A DNA stretch of 64,000 bases from the human T2T-CHM13v2.0 reference genome, Homo sapiens: the NCBI RefSeq assembly GCF_009914755.1, contig NC_060947.1; one strand, 5' to 3'. The notes under the pieces are model-generated. The model made no database searches. It saw nothing but the letters and a program-made list of their open reading frames with translations, and was not told where the DNA came from. Each line of letters opens with the position of its first letter. Position 1 is the first letter of the stretch. Below are positions 43,607-64,000 of this stretch, piece by piece. A program made the position numbers and the translations under genes.

Positions 43607-44017
43607 CATGAACTTTTCCAAAGCTCAGCCTTCAATGGCTACAAACACTTCCTCACATGGTTGAACCAAAGTGCCTCCAACTATTTTCCTGCTGTTGGAC
43701 ATCCTTGCTGCCTCCAATTTTTCACAAAGTTTCTTTTTTCATTTCAATAAAAGATCCTGACAGCAGTGTGGAATTTGGAGCAGATGAAAGAGAGACTCAA
43801 GACCACTTAGCCAGCTATTGCAATGGCTCAGAATAAGGTCATGAGATCCTGAATCCAGATTGAGGCAAAAGGAATAAAATGGAATGGACCAAGCCAGATT
43901 TGCAAGAAAAAAGACATTTTGGCATTTTGAGATATTCAGATGTCTGTTTTGCTCCACACCCATAACTTTCCAAATTTAGTTTTATGTCATGGTCACCTAA
44001 CCGAGTTCTTAATTCCT

Positions 44018-45428
<1,411 letters not shown>

Positions 45429-46295
45429 TAAACTTGCCTCTTGAAACGTAACAGGGCACTCTGATTTCCATGCAATTGTTCCTTCTCGATTTTCTCCCTG
45501 AGCAAACAGTGACCCTTGAACGGTGTTTGCTGTCAATGGTTCTGCCCATCGCACTATCCGGAGTGAAGAAAGATCTGAAGGCAGCTGACCCTTTGGGGAT
45601 CCTTTACCCTTGGGTGTCTGCTCTGGAGGACAAGCGGCAGGCAGCATACTTCTGTTGGAAACAAAGGGTTCCTGTTTCTCGCAGAATTTTTCACATTAAA
45701 TTGAAGAAAAAAATTTAATTGTCTTAGAATTTTGTGATTTTTCTATACAGAAGGGCATCACTCTTACCAAGACAGAACCTAAAAGCTTAGGTCTCTAACT
45801 GTTTTCCTTAAGAGATTATCTTCAGATCTGAGAGCTAAGAGTCAAACGTCTGGATTGGGGATATGTTTATTTGCTTTTTCTCTAATACCAATGTTTCTAA
45901 ATTCAAATTCAGAGGTGCTGATTCCTGATATTTTGGAGATATATATATTTATCTCAAAGTAAAGACACTTGCCTGGATTGGATGCCTAGGCAAGATTCTA
46001 AAATGTGCCTTAACACCTTGCCAAGCAAATAACACAAGCCTCATAGTAAATTCAGAAATCTGCTTTGCTCTCTTTCGGGTGAACGCTTCAGTCAAAACAG
46101 ATTGCTTTTTTTGAGCATTCTAGAGTTTGGTTGCCATCAGTTTCTCTCTTAGTTCTTCAGCCTTGAGACCCTCCCTCAAAGTAGTAGCCTTATAATGAAA
46201 AGGAAAAACAATTATTCCAGACTGCCAGTTGCTTATTTTTCTGTTAATTGTATTGCCTTCCTTCCAGGGAGGATTTCATAAAAATCAATTGTCCC

Positions 46296-46595
<300 letters not shown>

Positions 46596-47185
46596 TCAAT
46601 TGTCCCTACTTTCAAGTGTTAGAGGCAACAAAGAATTCCCACATTGGGTGAGTTCAGCTCTAAAAAAAATCCAGCCCCAAAGGTCTATGGTTTTTCAAGT
46701 CTATATTCAAGTTGTTTTGGAAATAGGTTTATTAATCAATAACAAAAGTAAACTCTGATTTTCCTTCTATAGCAGTCCTCCACTCCCTGAGTGAGTCAAG
46801 ATGAGCTGTTAATTTCACACCAAAGCCACACTTAATATCTCAAGTCCAAGATGATCATAGCAAAGCGGAAACTAGGAAGACTGTTGAAGTAATGTGACAG
46901 AAACTTAGAACAGAGAAAATGGTAATAAGCCCCTTGATTAAGAAAAAAGAAAGACGATATAAAAATCAGAGGAGCAAACTGTGTAATGAAATCCAGACAC
47001 TTTATTTTGGTCAGTGAAGTAAAAACACAAGTAAATTTGAGGGAACATTAAATTCACCACCTGGGCCTACAGAGAACTACTGTCCAAATTTCAGCATATT
47101 TTGCTGTCTTACATTTCCTGTATCACTGTGACATGGGATCCTTGAAAACCCCATGTCTTTCAGCAGAGAAGCCCTTTAGTTCTGA

Positions 47186-47578
<393 letters not shown>

Positions 47579-47611
47579 TGAGTTCCTTGCCTCACAATTG
47601 CAATCCTGCAA

Positions 47612-47770
47612 AGCAAAGTGGTCTAGTGAAAAGGATAATGACATGAGAGTTAGGAAACTTGTCCCAGCCCTTGCTGTGCTGAGAACCCACGGAGTCATCT
47701 CAAACATGTCACACACATTGACTTTCCTCTTTAGTAAAATAAGGGATTTAGTCTAGATGATTCCATAATT
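47612..47770 (+). mobile_element. MIR/MIR3
   Basis: TTTCCTCTTTAGTAAAATAAGGGATTTAGTCTAGATGAT. Confidence 0.55.
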
Positions 47771-48271
47771 ATTCCTCTCTCTTCCATATAGACATCACTC
47801 TGAATTTAGAACTCAGGATCAACGAAACAAATGAGATTCTGAGCTATTCAGAAGTGCTCTCTGTTGGAACTGAAGTTCTCATGGGTAAAAGACAAGAATT
47901 TCTGCATCCAGTCTAAAGCACACATGCTGCACCTGGCAATGTGTTAAAGCTCATTCTCAGAATGGGTCTGATGGAGTCCTGATGGGCCCGATATGTCACT
48001 TATCTGTAGAGTGATTAACCTACTGTGTTTGAGCCCTGGGTTGGGGCCCAAAGCTAACTAAGCCCTCTTTAATCCATCCTAATGATCTTAAAAGTTAGGG
48101 ACAAGAGCCCCCCATGTGCTTCCAGTGGCCATAGCAGCTATCTGGCCCCTTGGAAGTAGGCAAGAGACTCATGACCTATGGTGTTCCCTCTTGATCCTAG
48201 TAAGTCAAGATGCCCCAATATCGTCCCTATCCTAAGTAGCAGGAAATATGAACTGAGTCATTTAATCATGG

Positions 48272-48490
48272 AAGCTGTCATTCACCAAGCGCTTACTCTG
48301 AGCTGGCAACATGTTGAGCACATTTCGGGGCTTAATTCTCACAGCAGCCTCTTCAAGTCAGCACTATTATTATCCTCACAATACAGATGAGGAAACTGAG
48401 TGTAGCAAGGCTTACATAACTTCCCTAAAGTCATACAACTGGTAAGTGGCAAAGCTAAGATTCCAATCAGGGAATCTGATACCAGAGTCA
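48272..48490 (-). mobile_element. MIR
   Basis: TATTATTATCCTCA...TACAGATGAGGAAACTGAG core. Confidence 0.85.
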
Positions 48491-48521
48491 ATATTACAAA
48501 AAATAACAAAAACAAACAAAA

Positions 48522-49595
<1,074 letters not shown>

Positions 49596-49649
49596 ATGAA
49601 TCTGGCGCAGACAGAGCCCACGCCCTTAACCACTACTCTAACTACCTCT

Positions 49650-50060
49650 AGGCAATCAGCACTGTGCTAGTCATTGAAGATACAAAGAGCCTTGAAGGAA
49701 TTCTCCTGACAGAGAGCTTACAATATTAGTGGAAAGACAAGCATGTGATATATTACTTCAGCATCCATCCACAAATTGTCCTGTGAGTCCCACAGACAAT
49801 TAGAGTTAGAGGAATTCAAGGATAGAAGTGACTTTTGAGGCCTAAGGGCTCCCCGAGGAGCCTCGGTTGGGAAACTGCTCTTGTTAGGGAATTAGAAGGG
49901 AGGATGGGTTTGGCTTCTGGGCACACAGGGCTGTGCAGAGCCATAGGTTGGAAGGGACAGAAACAGCCTAGGCACTGTCTTAGGAGGGCCAGAACAGAGT
50001 ATCATTGTCTCATACAAGAAGACCCTGGCAGCCATTTTAGGGGGGTTGCTGGCAGCATGG
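49650..50060 (-). mobile_element. L2 fragment
   Basis: GCACTGTGCTAG...GAAGATACAAAG...GAGCTTACAATATTAGTGG. Confidence 0.5.
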
Positions 50061-51625
50061 ATAGGGTGACCAAAAGAAAGCTGGAAGTCTGAATTCAAAG
50101 CCGCTTGGGAATCAGAGTGTGATGAGATACCGGGTTGAGTGGCTTGGACCCAGAGTAGCTCAGAAAAATCTGCCTGATTAACTCCTTAACTCCTGGGCTA
50201 GTATTTCACCAAGTTTTAACAGCACCAAGTGGCCCTGCCATACATGCTCTGAAGGATGTGTTCATGGTATTTCCAGTGCCAAGGCCAAAGATGTTTGGCA
50301 AGAGCAACAGTTTTTTGTGGAGGAATAAGGTGAACCAAAGTAGGAGAGATAGATGGGGAGTCATTGGGACAGGCTCACATGCTCCGTTAAGGAATTATTT
50401 GCACGATCTTAGCCTAGGGACTCTATCCTGTGTACATACAACAAAGTGACAGAGTGAGAGTTTGGAATTCTATGTCTGATTTCACCGGCTACTCCTAAAC
50501 ACCAATTAGAATCTTTTCAGAATACTATTTTCGCCTGCTTCTATAGTAAGAATAGGAACTGGCACTTCTCTGAAGTACCCTTTGCCTCTAATCTGGTTCA
50601 GAATTAAAGTGCTCTCATTAAATGGAGACCTCATTATATTCTGCTCTAATCTACAACACAATCATAACGCAGTGATTACCTTGAATTATTATTGCACATA
50701 CTTCCACCCACTTATTATTATATGTCTCTGTACTTTAATTATGTTTCAATGAATATAATTCCATACCCTTCAATACTTAAGTAAAATTCACTTTAAATAT
50801 AACTGCCTGCCTATAATTCTCTGTAAATGTGAGTGCTTGCACTGCAAATAATAAAAATTAGTACTGCTCTGGAGGCTGAACAAACTAAGCCATGCCTGAA
50901 AGAAATCAGTTGGCATTTTAATGGAATTTTAAAACATCAAAATTTGTTACCACCTTATTTTTTCAAAAACACATTTTAAGAGGATGATTTTTGTAGCTTT
51001 AACAACAAAAAACATCTTTGGAAGGAAACAGCAATTCTGTAGAGGCTTTTATTGTCTACTAACCACTTCACCAGGGAATTCATTCCAATAGAGAATTGAA
51101 TTTTTTTTTTAACTGCAATGAGGTTTATTTGTTTTTTGTTGCTGTTGTTTACTTATTTGTGGCCATGCTTCTGGAAGAAATTTCTTGGACAGTTCGAAGG
51201 GTCAAAGTGAAATTTCAGAATCAATAACCAGGTAACTGGCATTAAGACCTTCTACCTGCTCTACCCATCAGCACACACATTCTTATTACCCAGGAAAAAG
51301 AGTGGCATTAATGCTTATATTATTTCTGGCACGCACCCTTAGGAAGCCATATACTCCCTTATTTTTGCCAAGATATGTCTCAGAGGAGACTGTCTTCAGA
51401 GAATTTTTTTGAATTCTGTCGTACTTACTAGTATAGCTGCAACACATGTATATGCTTTGGTTGGTATTTATTTCAAACATAAGGTCAGTAATATCTTGGA
51501 CTGAGAAGTAATCATTGTGATAAATTAATTCATGACCTCATGCCAAGAGACAATGCTCCCAAAGAACTAGAGAAATGGCAATCCTGCTCTTTCATTTCTA
51601 GTTTCTGATTTTAAAAGTAGCAGAT

Positions 51626-51906
51626 GGCCGGGCGCGGTGGCTTATGCCTGTAATCCCAGCACTTTGGGAGGCAGATCACGAGGTCAGGAGTTTGAGACCA
51701 GCCTGGACAATATGGTGAAAACCCATCTCTACTAAAAATACAAAAATTAGCAGGGCATGGTGGCACACGCCTGTAGTCCCAGCTACTCAGGAGAGGCAGA
51801 AGAATCGCTTGAACCCGGGAGGCGGAGGTTGCAGCCAGCCGAGGCCGCACTACTGCACTCCAGCCTGGGTGGCAGAGTGAGACTCCTTCTTAAAAAAAAA
51901 AAAAAA
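51626..51906 (+). mobile_element. AluS with short left-arm deletion
   Basis: TSD AAAAGTA(G/T)CAGAT. Confidence 0.93.
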
Positions 51907-52255
51907 GTATCAGATGAGTTAGAGGCCTCAGGAACAGGTTTGTTAAGAGGAGAGAGAACTAAACCAAAAGCCATTTTGATCATCTTTGACAGGGAGTAAA
52001 CACAGAGTAGGTTTTATAAACCCTCAGGTTAGGTAAACCCTTCAAGTTTAATCTCAGTTCCCTATTGTGAACTATTCAAAACTCATTGTCCAGGAAGAGT
52101 GCCCTGACATTATCACTGCTGGAAAGAATCGATGTTATTAAAATAACAATTCTTCCTGAAAAATATATTACAAAGTTGGCCACACAAGTCCATGGAGTAA
52201 GTCAAGCCATTATATAAACTGGTTACTAAAGTTTTATCTCAAAAGAAGGGAAATA

Positions 52256-52890
<635 letters not shown>

Positions 52891-53117
52891 TCAATCTCCC
52901 AGATACCATGTTTCCATGTTTGAGCATAGTTCTCTTTCCATGTTAACTCCTTAGCTACAGTTCCTTTTCCCTGGAAATTCTTCCAACTCATCTACCAATT
53001 TATCAAGGCAATTGAGCCTATGGCATTATTTCACTTCATTACCTTGACTTTTGCCTAAAGGAAAAAAAAATACATAAAACCAATAATCATGGATCAATGT
53101 AAAAATCAAAGGCAAGT

Positions 53118-53955
53118 ATTTCCACTTCCAGGATGACAATGTAAAGCGCTCTGCAGCCCCTTTCGCAGAGAATAATAAGTGAAACATTATTTTTTTAAAA
53201 CAACCTTTCAAAGACTCTGGAAATGGTCTTAAGGGCATACAGCAAATAAGGAAGCATTTATTCAAGAAAACCTACTAAAACTCCCTAAGAATTTGTGGTA
53301 TTTAGACCAAGATCTGCTTCCCTCCACCTTCCCAGCTCAGCAAGATAGAAACTCCATTCCAGACTTCTACATTCAAGAATACAGGGTTCCCAGTTTCCCC
53401 ACTCCCCAGCTCCTAGTCAGAGGGATAGCTAGGAGAAGTGGGATGTGAGGATTTTTAGTCTTGTCCTCAGCTACCTCCAGCTGAGGCTATTCTGAATAAA
53501 CGCAGCCAAGATGTATGGATTTTCTTCTTCCGCCAGCCCCTCTTTGTGCAATGGAAATTCTACCTTCAGTGCAACATTGCTGAGAATACTGAGGCCTCAA
53601 CTGCCCTTGCCCCAGCTTATAAGGTAAAGGTTCCAAGTGGGGAGAGGCAAACTAAGGAGACTTCAAGCCACTGCCCTCCCATACCAAGTACTCAGGTCCT
53701 AAAGCTGGGGTTTCATTCAGAGAGAAACACACTATTGCTTCCACCTGCAGTTCCAGAGCCAAGACTCAAATTTTGCCTGAGGGTAGAGACAGGATATAAA
53801 CCCAAGAGCTCTGAATCTCCTTCCAAAGACACTGACTTCATTTGCAACAGAGTGAGAAGTTTAGGCCTAAGGGCATTCTCAAAACTAGTGGAGGTTGTGA
53901 TGAAAGGCAATTGGAAGGAGATGGGTAAAATCATTGGAGATACAGGCTAAACTGT
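53118..53955 (+). mobile_element. Old L1M 5' region
   Basis: CTCTGGAAATGGTCTTAAGGGCATACAGCAAAT...TTTATTCAAGAAAA resembles L1MC/MD 5' consensus. Confidence 0.55.
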
Positions 53956-54063
53956 AGAAACCACCCCCATGATCCAATCACCTCCTGCCAGGCCCCACCT
54001 CCAACACTGGGGATTACAATTCGACGTGAGATTTGGGTGGGGACACACAGCCAAACCCTATCA
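53956..54063 (-). mobile_element. MSTA/THE1-type LTR, 5' part, inverted
   Basis: antisense TGATAGGGTTTGGCTGTGTGTCCCCACCCAAATCTCA...GATCATGGGGG. Confidence 0.88.
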
Positions 54064-54328
54064 AGGCGCAATAATACAATTATATACATATTGTTTTATT
54101 CAATTACTTTTAAAATCAGTTAGAAGGAGAAATAGGCATTCATATGATCTTTTATAGTTACATAATTACCTTCCCCAGTGCTCTTTGGTTTTTGTGTTTG
54201 TGGATTTGGATTACTATCTGGGGTCACTTGCTTTCCACCTGAAAAATTCCCTTTAGTATTTCTTGTAAGGTGGGTCTAATGGCAACACATACTCTGGTTT
54301 TGTTTATTTAGGAATGCCTTTATTTCAC
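54064..54328 (-). mobile_element. L1M ORF1-end fragment, inverted relative to flanking L1
   Basis: TTCCCTTTAGTATTTCTTGTAAGGTGGGTCTAATGGCAAC. Confidence 0.75.
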
Positions 54329-54504
54329 TGCCATGTGGAGATTGTGCCTGCTACCTCTTCACCTTCTGCCATGATTGTAAGTTTCATGAGGTCCCCCACA
54401 ACCATGCCTTTTGTATAGACTGCAGAACTGTGAGTCAATTAAACCTCTTTTCTCTATAAATTACCCAGTCTCGTAGTCTTTATAGCAGTGTGAGAATGGA
54501 CTAA
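54328..54504 (+). mobile_element. MSTA/THE1-type LTR, 3' part
   Basis: CCTTCTGCCATGATTGTAAG...AATTAAACCTCTTTTC...TAGCAGTGTGAGAATGGACTAA. Confidence 0.9.
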
Positions 54505-57234
<2,730 letters not shown>

Positions 57235-57248
57235 CTAATTGGTCAGAG

Positions 57249-57532
57249 TGTCTTAGTTCGTTCATGCTGCTATAAAAATACCTGAGACTGGGTAATTGAT
57301 AAGAACAGAAATGTATTCCTTATGGGTCTGGACGCCAGGAAGTTCAAGATCTAATTGCCAGTAGATTCAGTGTCTGTAAGGGCTGTTCTCTGCTTCCAAG
57401 ATGGTACCTTGTTGCTGCAAGCCCTTATGACTTAATCATTTCCCCAAAGTCCTCACCTCTTAATACCATTACCTTGGAGTTTAAGTTCCAACATATGAAT
57501 TTTGGAGACACACATGCATTCAAACTGTAGCA
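57249..57532 (-). mobile_element. MST (C/D-like) solo LTR with internal deletion
   Basis: TGTCTTAGTTCGTTCATGCTGCTATAA...CATTCAAACTGTAGCA; TSD CAGAG/CTGAG. Confidence 0.8.
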
Positions 57533-57652
57533 CTGAGTGTGCTTTGGGAACTGGGTTAGGCATGGATACCCATGTCATCTCGCTACTCCTCTTCTGCCAC
57601 CAGAAAATATATCACTTGTTTATACACCCAACTTTTATTAAACTTTTAGCTT

Positions 57653-57959
57653 TATTTCTTTTATTTAATTTTAAAATAAGGTCTTGCTCTGTTATTTTGA
57701 TTGGAATGCAATGGCATGATCATAGCTCACTGCAGCCTTGAACACCTGGGTTCAGAAATCCTCCCACCTCAGCTTCCCAAGTAACTGGAACTTCAGGTAC
57801 GTGCCACCATGCCTGACTACTTTTTGTTATTCTTTTATTTTTTAGAGATAAAGTCTCACTATGTTGCCCAGGCTGGTCTCAAACTCCTGGCCTCAAGCAA
57901 TCCTCCTGCCTTAGCCTCCTGAGTAGCTGAGATTATAGGTGTGAGCCACCACACCCAGC
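57653..57959 (-). mobile_element. AluJ
   Basis: J diagnostics; TSD TAAACTTTTA. Confidence 0.92.
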
Positions 57960-59669
57960 TAAACTTTTAATTTTCAGTAAATCACTTGCTTTTGGTGGTG
58001 GGAACACAAAGGACTCCCGAAACTCCCTGTCTGACAGGGTAGTCAGACATAAATAACCTTTATAGGGCCCAATAATACATTCTCAGAATTTGTGAATAAG
58101 GTCAAATAAAAGTCACCCTCTGAGCAAAAAATCAACGTAAAATAAATCAGCTTAGCCATGTGTAGAAGTTGCCTAACAGATGGTTTATAAATGTGCTGTT
58201 GATAGAGATACTTGGAAACCATCAGAGTCAGATGCAATAAACAAAGACCAGGCCAGTAAGGCTGAGGGGTCACATCCCTGAGATAGGCTCTGAGTTCTCT
58301 GCAAGCCTTTCTATTTATGATCAGAAGGCCATATTTGTATGAATTAGTCTGAGCACACTCTCCGCACTCCTGGGTTAGGCCTCTGATCTACCCAGGGAGT
58401 TTCTCTTATCTTCCTTTGGCTTGTCATTTCCTAACTTTCAGCTCCAGTACCCAATTTGGGTCACATCTCCAACATCCCTTTTGCCTCTTGAAGTAAGCTT
58501 GACATCTTATGCAGATTTTTGGAGCATCCCACCCTCAACCCAGATCTTGTCTTTACACTAATAGCCCATCCTTGTCTTGCTCTGGTACCTAATGCATATG
58601 GAGCAATGAGGAAGCATCTTCAGGAAAGCCTTCCTGGAATGTGAGTAATCTGCTCAATAGTTTTGTTGAAAGTAAATGATGAGTCAATAGAATGGGGATA
58701 TTCTGCATGGAGTGTAGAAAAAAAAGAGAGCCAAGAGCCAAAGATTTGTGGAACTTCAGGATGGTCCAGAGATGAGCTATTCTCCTGACTGTCTGGCCTA
58801 GGTGTTCTGGAACTTTTGGCAAACACAACTCTGGAGGGGGAATGGCTTTGTTAGGTGACAGTGGCTTTATGACAGCAGCCATTTTAATCATCTGATTTCT
58901 TGTGGTCTGACTCCCATGCTCACCCAATAATCATCTGGTGGTATAGTCATTTGACCTCCCAGATACCCATTTCTACAAGGAAAAGAATGTGCTGACCAAC
59001 CATGAGTAGTCCTGATTACTTGATGTCCTGTTTCTTACTATAATTTAATAAATTGGCATTTTGGCCTCTAGTAAGCTAGTAGTCCCCTGAATTTAATTGC
59101 CTCTGGGTTCAATGCTGAACTCCAGTGTCCTGGCCTCCAAAGCAAATTCTATCACCCATTGGAAAGACTCACCAGCCTTTCTGAAGTCTCTATTAAATGC
59201 AACCACTGTTATTTCACGAGAAATGTACTCTCGTGGGTTATAAACTAAATGCCAGGAAGGCATGGACTCAGAGTGATTTATATATCTTGGAAGGAAAGAA
59301 GTGGGAAATGAAAAAAACTTCACAGAGTAAATATTTGAGCTCTTAAAGGGTTTTCATTCGGCTTAATGATTTGAGAATCATTTTTCTAATTATAAAAGTA
59401 ATACATGTTTAATGTTGCAAAATGTGGGTAACATAGAAAAGCATAAATAGAAAAAAATTAAAACATGATTAAGATTTAGACAGCTGAAGAAGTGAAAGCA
59501 TTCTTTTTTGATGACTTGCAATCAATTTTTCTGACACAGGCTGCACTCAATCACTCAAGCCCAGACCAAAAACTCACTGACATATCAGAGTGGGCTGAAT
59601 TCACATAAAGGCAAAAATTAAAGCTTTGGCTTTATGTGGATTGATTTCTGAGTTCAAACCTTTTATCTC

Positions 59670-60190
<521 letters not shown>

Positions 60191-60257
60191 AAAAAGCTTT
60201 TTGGGGTGGTGAAAATGATGGTCTGGCAATGTGAATGTGGGTCCTTTAAAACATATC

Positions 60258-61553
<1,296 letters not shown>

Positions 61554-61585
<32 letters not shown>
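61554..61585. repeat. (AC)16 microsatellite
   Basis: counted directly. Confidence 0.97.
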
Positions 61586-61588
<3 letters not shown>

Positions 61589-61779
61589 TCTGTGACCAGC
61601 AATTCCTTTGCTTTGCCTGAAGTGGAAATAAAAAAGGCTCTCACCAGGAAGCGACCACAGAAGTGTGGGTCAAGTTCAAGCTCAGATGCAGAAGGTTATA
61701 ACCATCTCACAATGTATCTTGCATCCAGCCTTATTGGAAGACAAGGGCTTCCAGGTTACTTTACATTGTGATTTAAAGT

Positions 61780-62748
<969 letters not shown>

Positions 62749-63514
62749 ATTAAGGTGTTCATTTAGGGCTGCAAATCTAGATTTTGTTAGTGAAAAGTTA
62801 CCAAGGTCCCTGATTGGCCCAGCATGACAGGAATTATAGTCCGGAGCTCAAAGCAGAAACAAAAGCCAACAAAAGAATGCTGTTTTTTTCTAGTATTTGA
62901 AAACCTTAGCTAACAGTTATATTAAGCTGGAAATACTTATGTCTTCTACTAAAAAGCCCTAGATTTAGAAAGCCTATGTTGTTCTCAGGGCATCATTGGT
63001 TGATGCTAATCCATATTTTCCCTCTTCTTTACTGTTGGGAAACTGACCAATTTTACTACATAAAAGGGGCAGATTCAAGTGGTTTGCAAGCTATTTAGAG
63101 TAACTTTTTGACAAGTGTAGGCTGCTTTAGCAAAAAGCTTGGGAAGGCTGGAGGCAGAGTCATTGGAGAAGTTTTAAACTCAATAAATCACAATACAATC
63201 TCACTAAAAACTCTGAATTATGGATTTCTGAGACTTGAGATTAATTTCCTCAAATGCAAGAAGTTAATAAGTGGCAGACCATGACAGAGTAGATCATGGC
63301 AGACCTCTTTTAATGTAATGACACAAATCTGTTTTTGTTTTTAGGATCTGCCCTTATTTTCAAATACAAATATCCCTCCCAATTTGTTGAACCATATTCC
63401 CCTTTTATCTGCCAGCCTTGGGCAGACTAAACCCCAGAGCCTCATATAAGAAGACTCTGACATGGGAAAAGACTCTCACTACATTGTTAACTCAAATAAA
63501 TACATGTAAAATAG

Positions 63515-63849
<335 letters not shown>

Positions 63850-64000
63850 CATTTGCATTTCTCTAATGATCAGTGATATTGAGCTTTTTTCATATGCTTG
63901 TTGACCCCATGTATGTCTTCTTTTGAAAAGTGTCTGTTCCTGTTCTTTGCCCACTTTTTAATGGGGGTGTTTGTTTTTTTCTTGTAAATGTGTTTAAATT
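63850..64000 (-). mobile_element. L1PA fragment running off the window
   Basis: TTTGCATTTCTCTAATGATCAGTGAT...TCTTTTGAAAAGTGTCTGTTC. Confidence 0.92.

Noticed and set aside
53546-53950. 134-aa ORF
   Set aside because: Lies within what appears to be an old L1 5' region; no recognisable domain

Overview
Human/primate genomic DNA, intronic or intergenic. It is very Alu-rich: by hand count about 73 Alu copies or fragments, roughly a third of the window. Beneath the Alus lie older L1M/L1P, L2, L3 and MIR fragments, MaLR/ERV solo LTRs and hAT (MER5, MER58) elements. I found no convincing protein-coding gene, CpG island, tRNA or CRISPR array; nearly all listed ORFs are Alu, L1 or microsatellite read-throughs. 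I cannot name the locus and I do not see a new biological system. The best signals are: (1) a 3'-truncated 5S rRNA retrocopy with a 16-bp target-site duplication (TSD), hidden in an LTR; (2) a near-perfect 135-bp x3 tandem expansion inside an old AluJ; (3) a headless, tailless Alu patch with templated junction repeats; (4) an inversion splitting an MST LTR, plus a displaced 27-bp copy of its end; (5) a chimeric AluY/AluSp marking a probable deletion; (6) minus-strand splice signals compatible with a spliced non-coding transcript. Repeat families were assigned by eye against remembered consensus sequences, so subfamily labels and boundaries of old repeats (about +/-10-30 bp) need RepeatMasker/Dfam confirmation.
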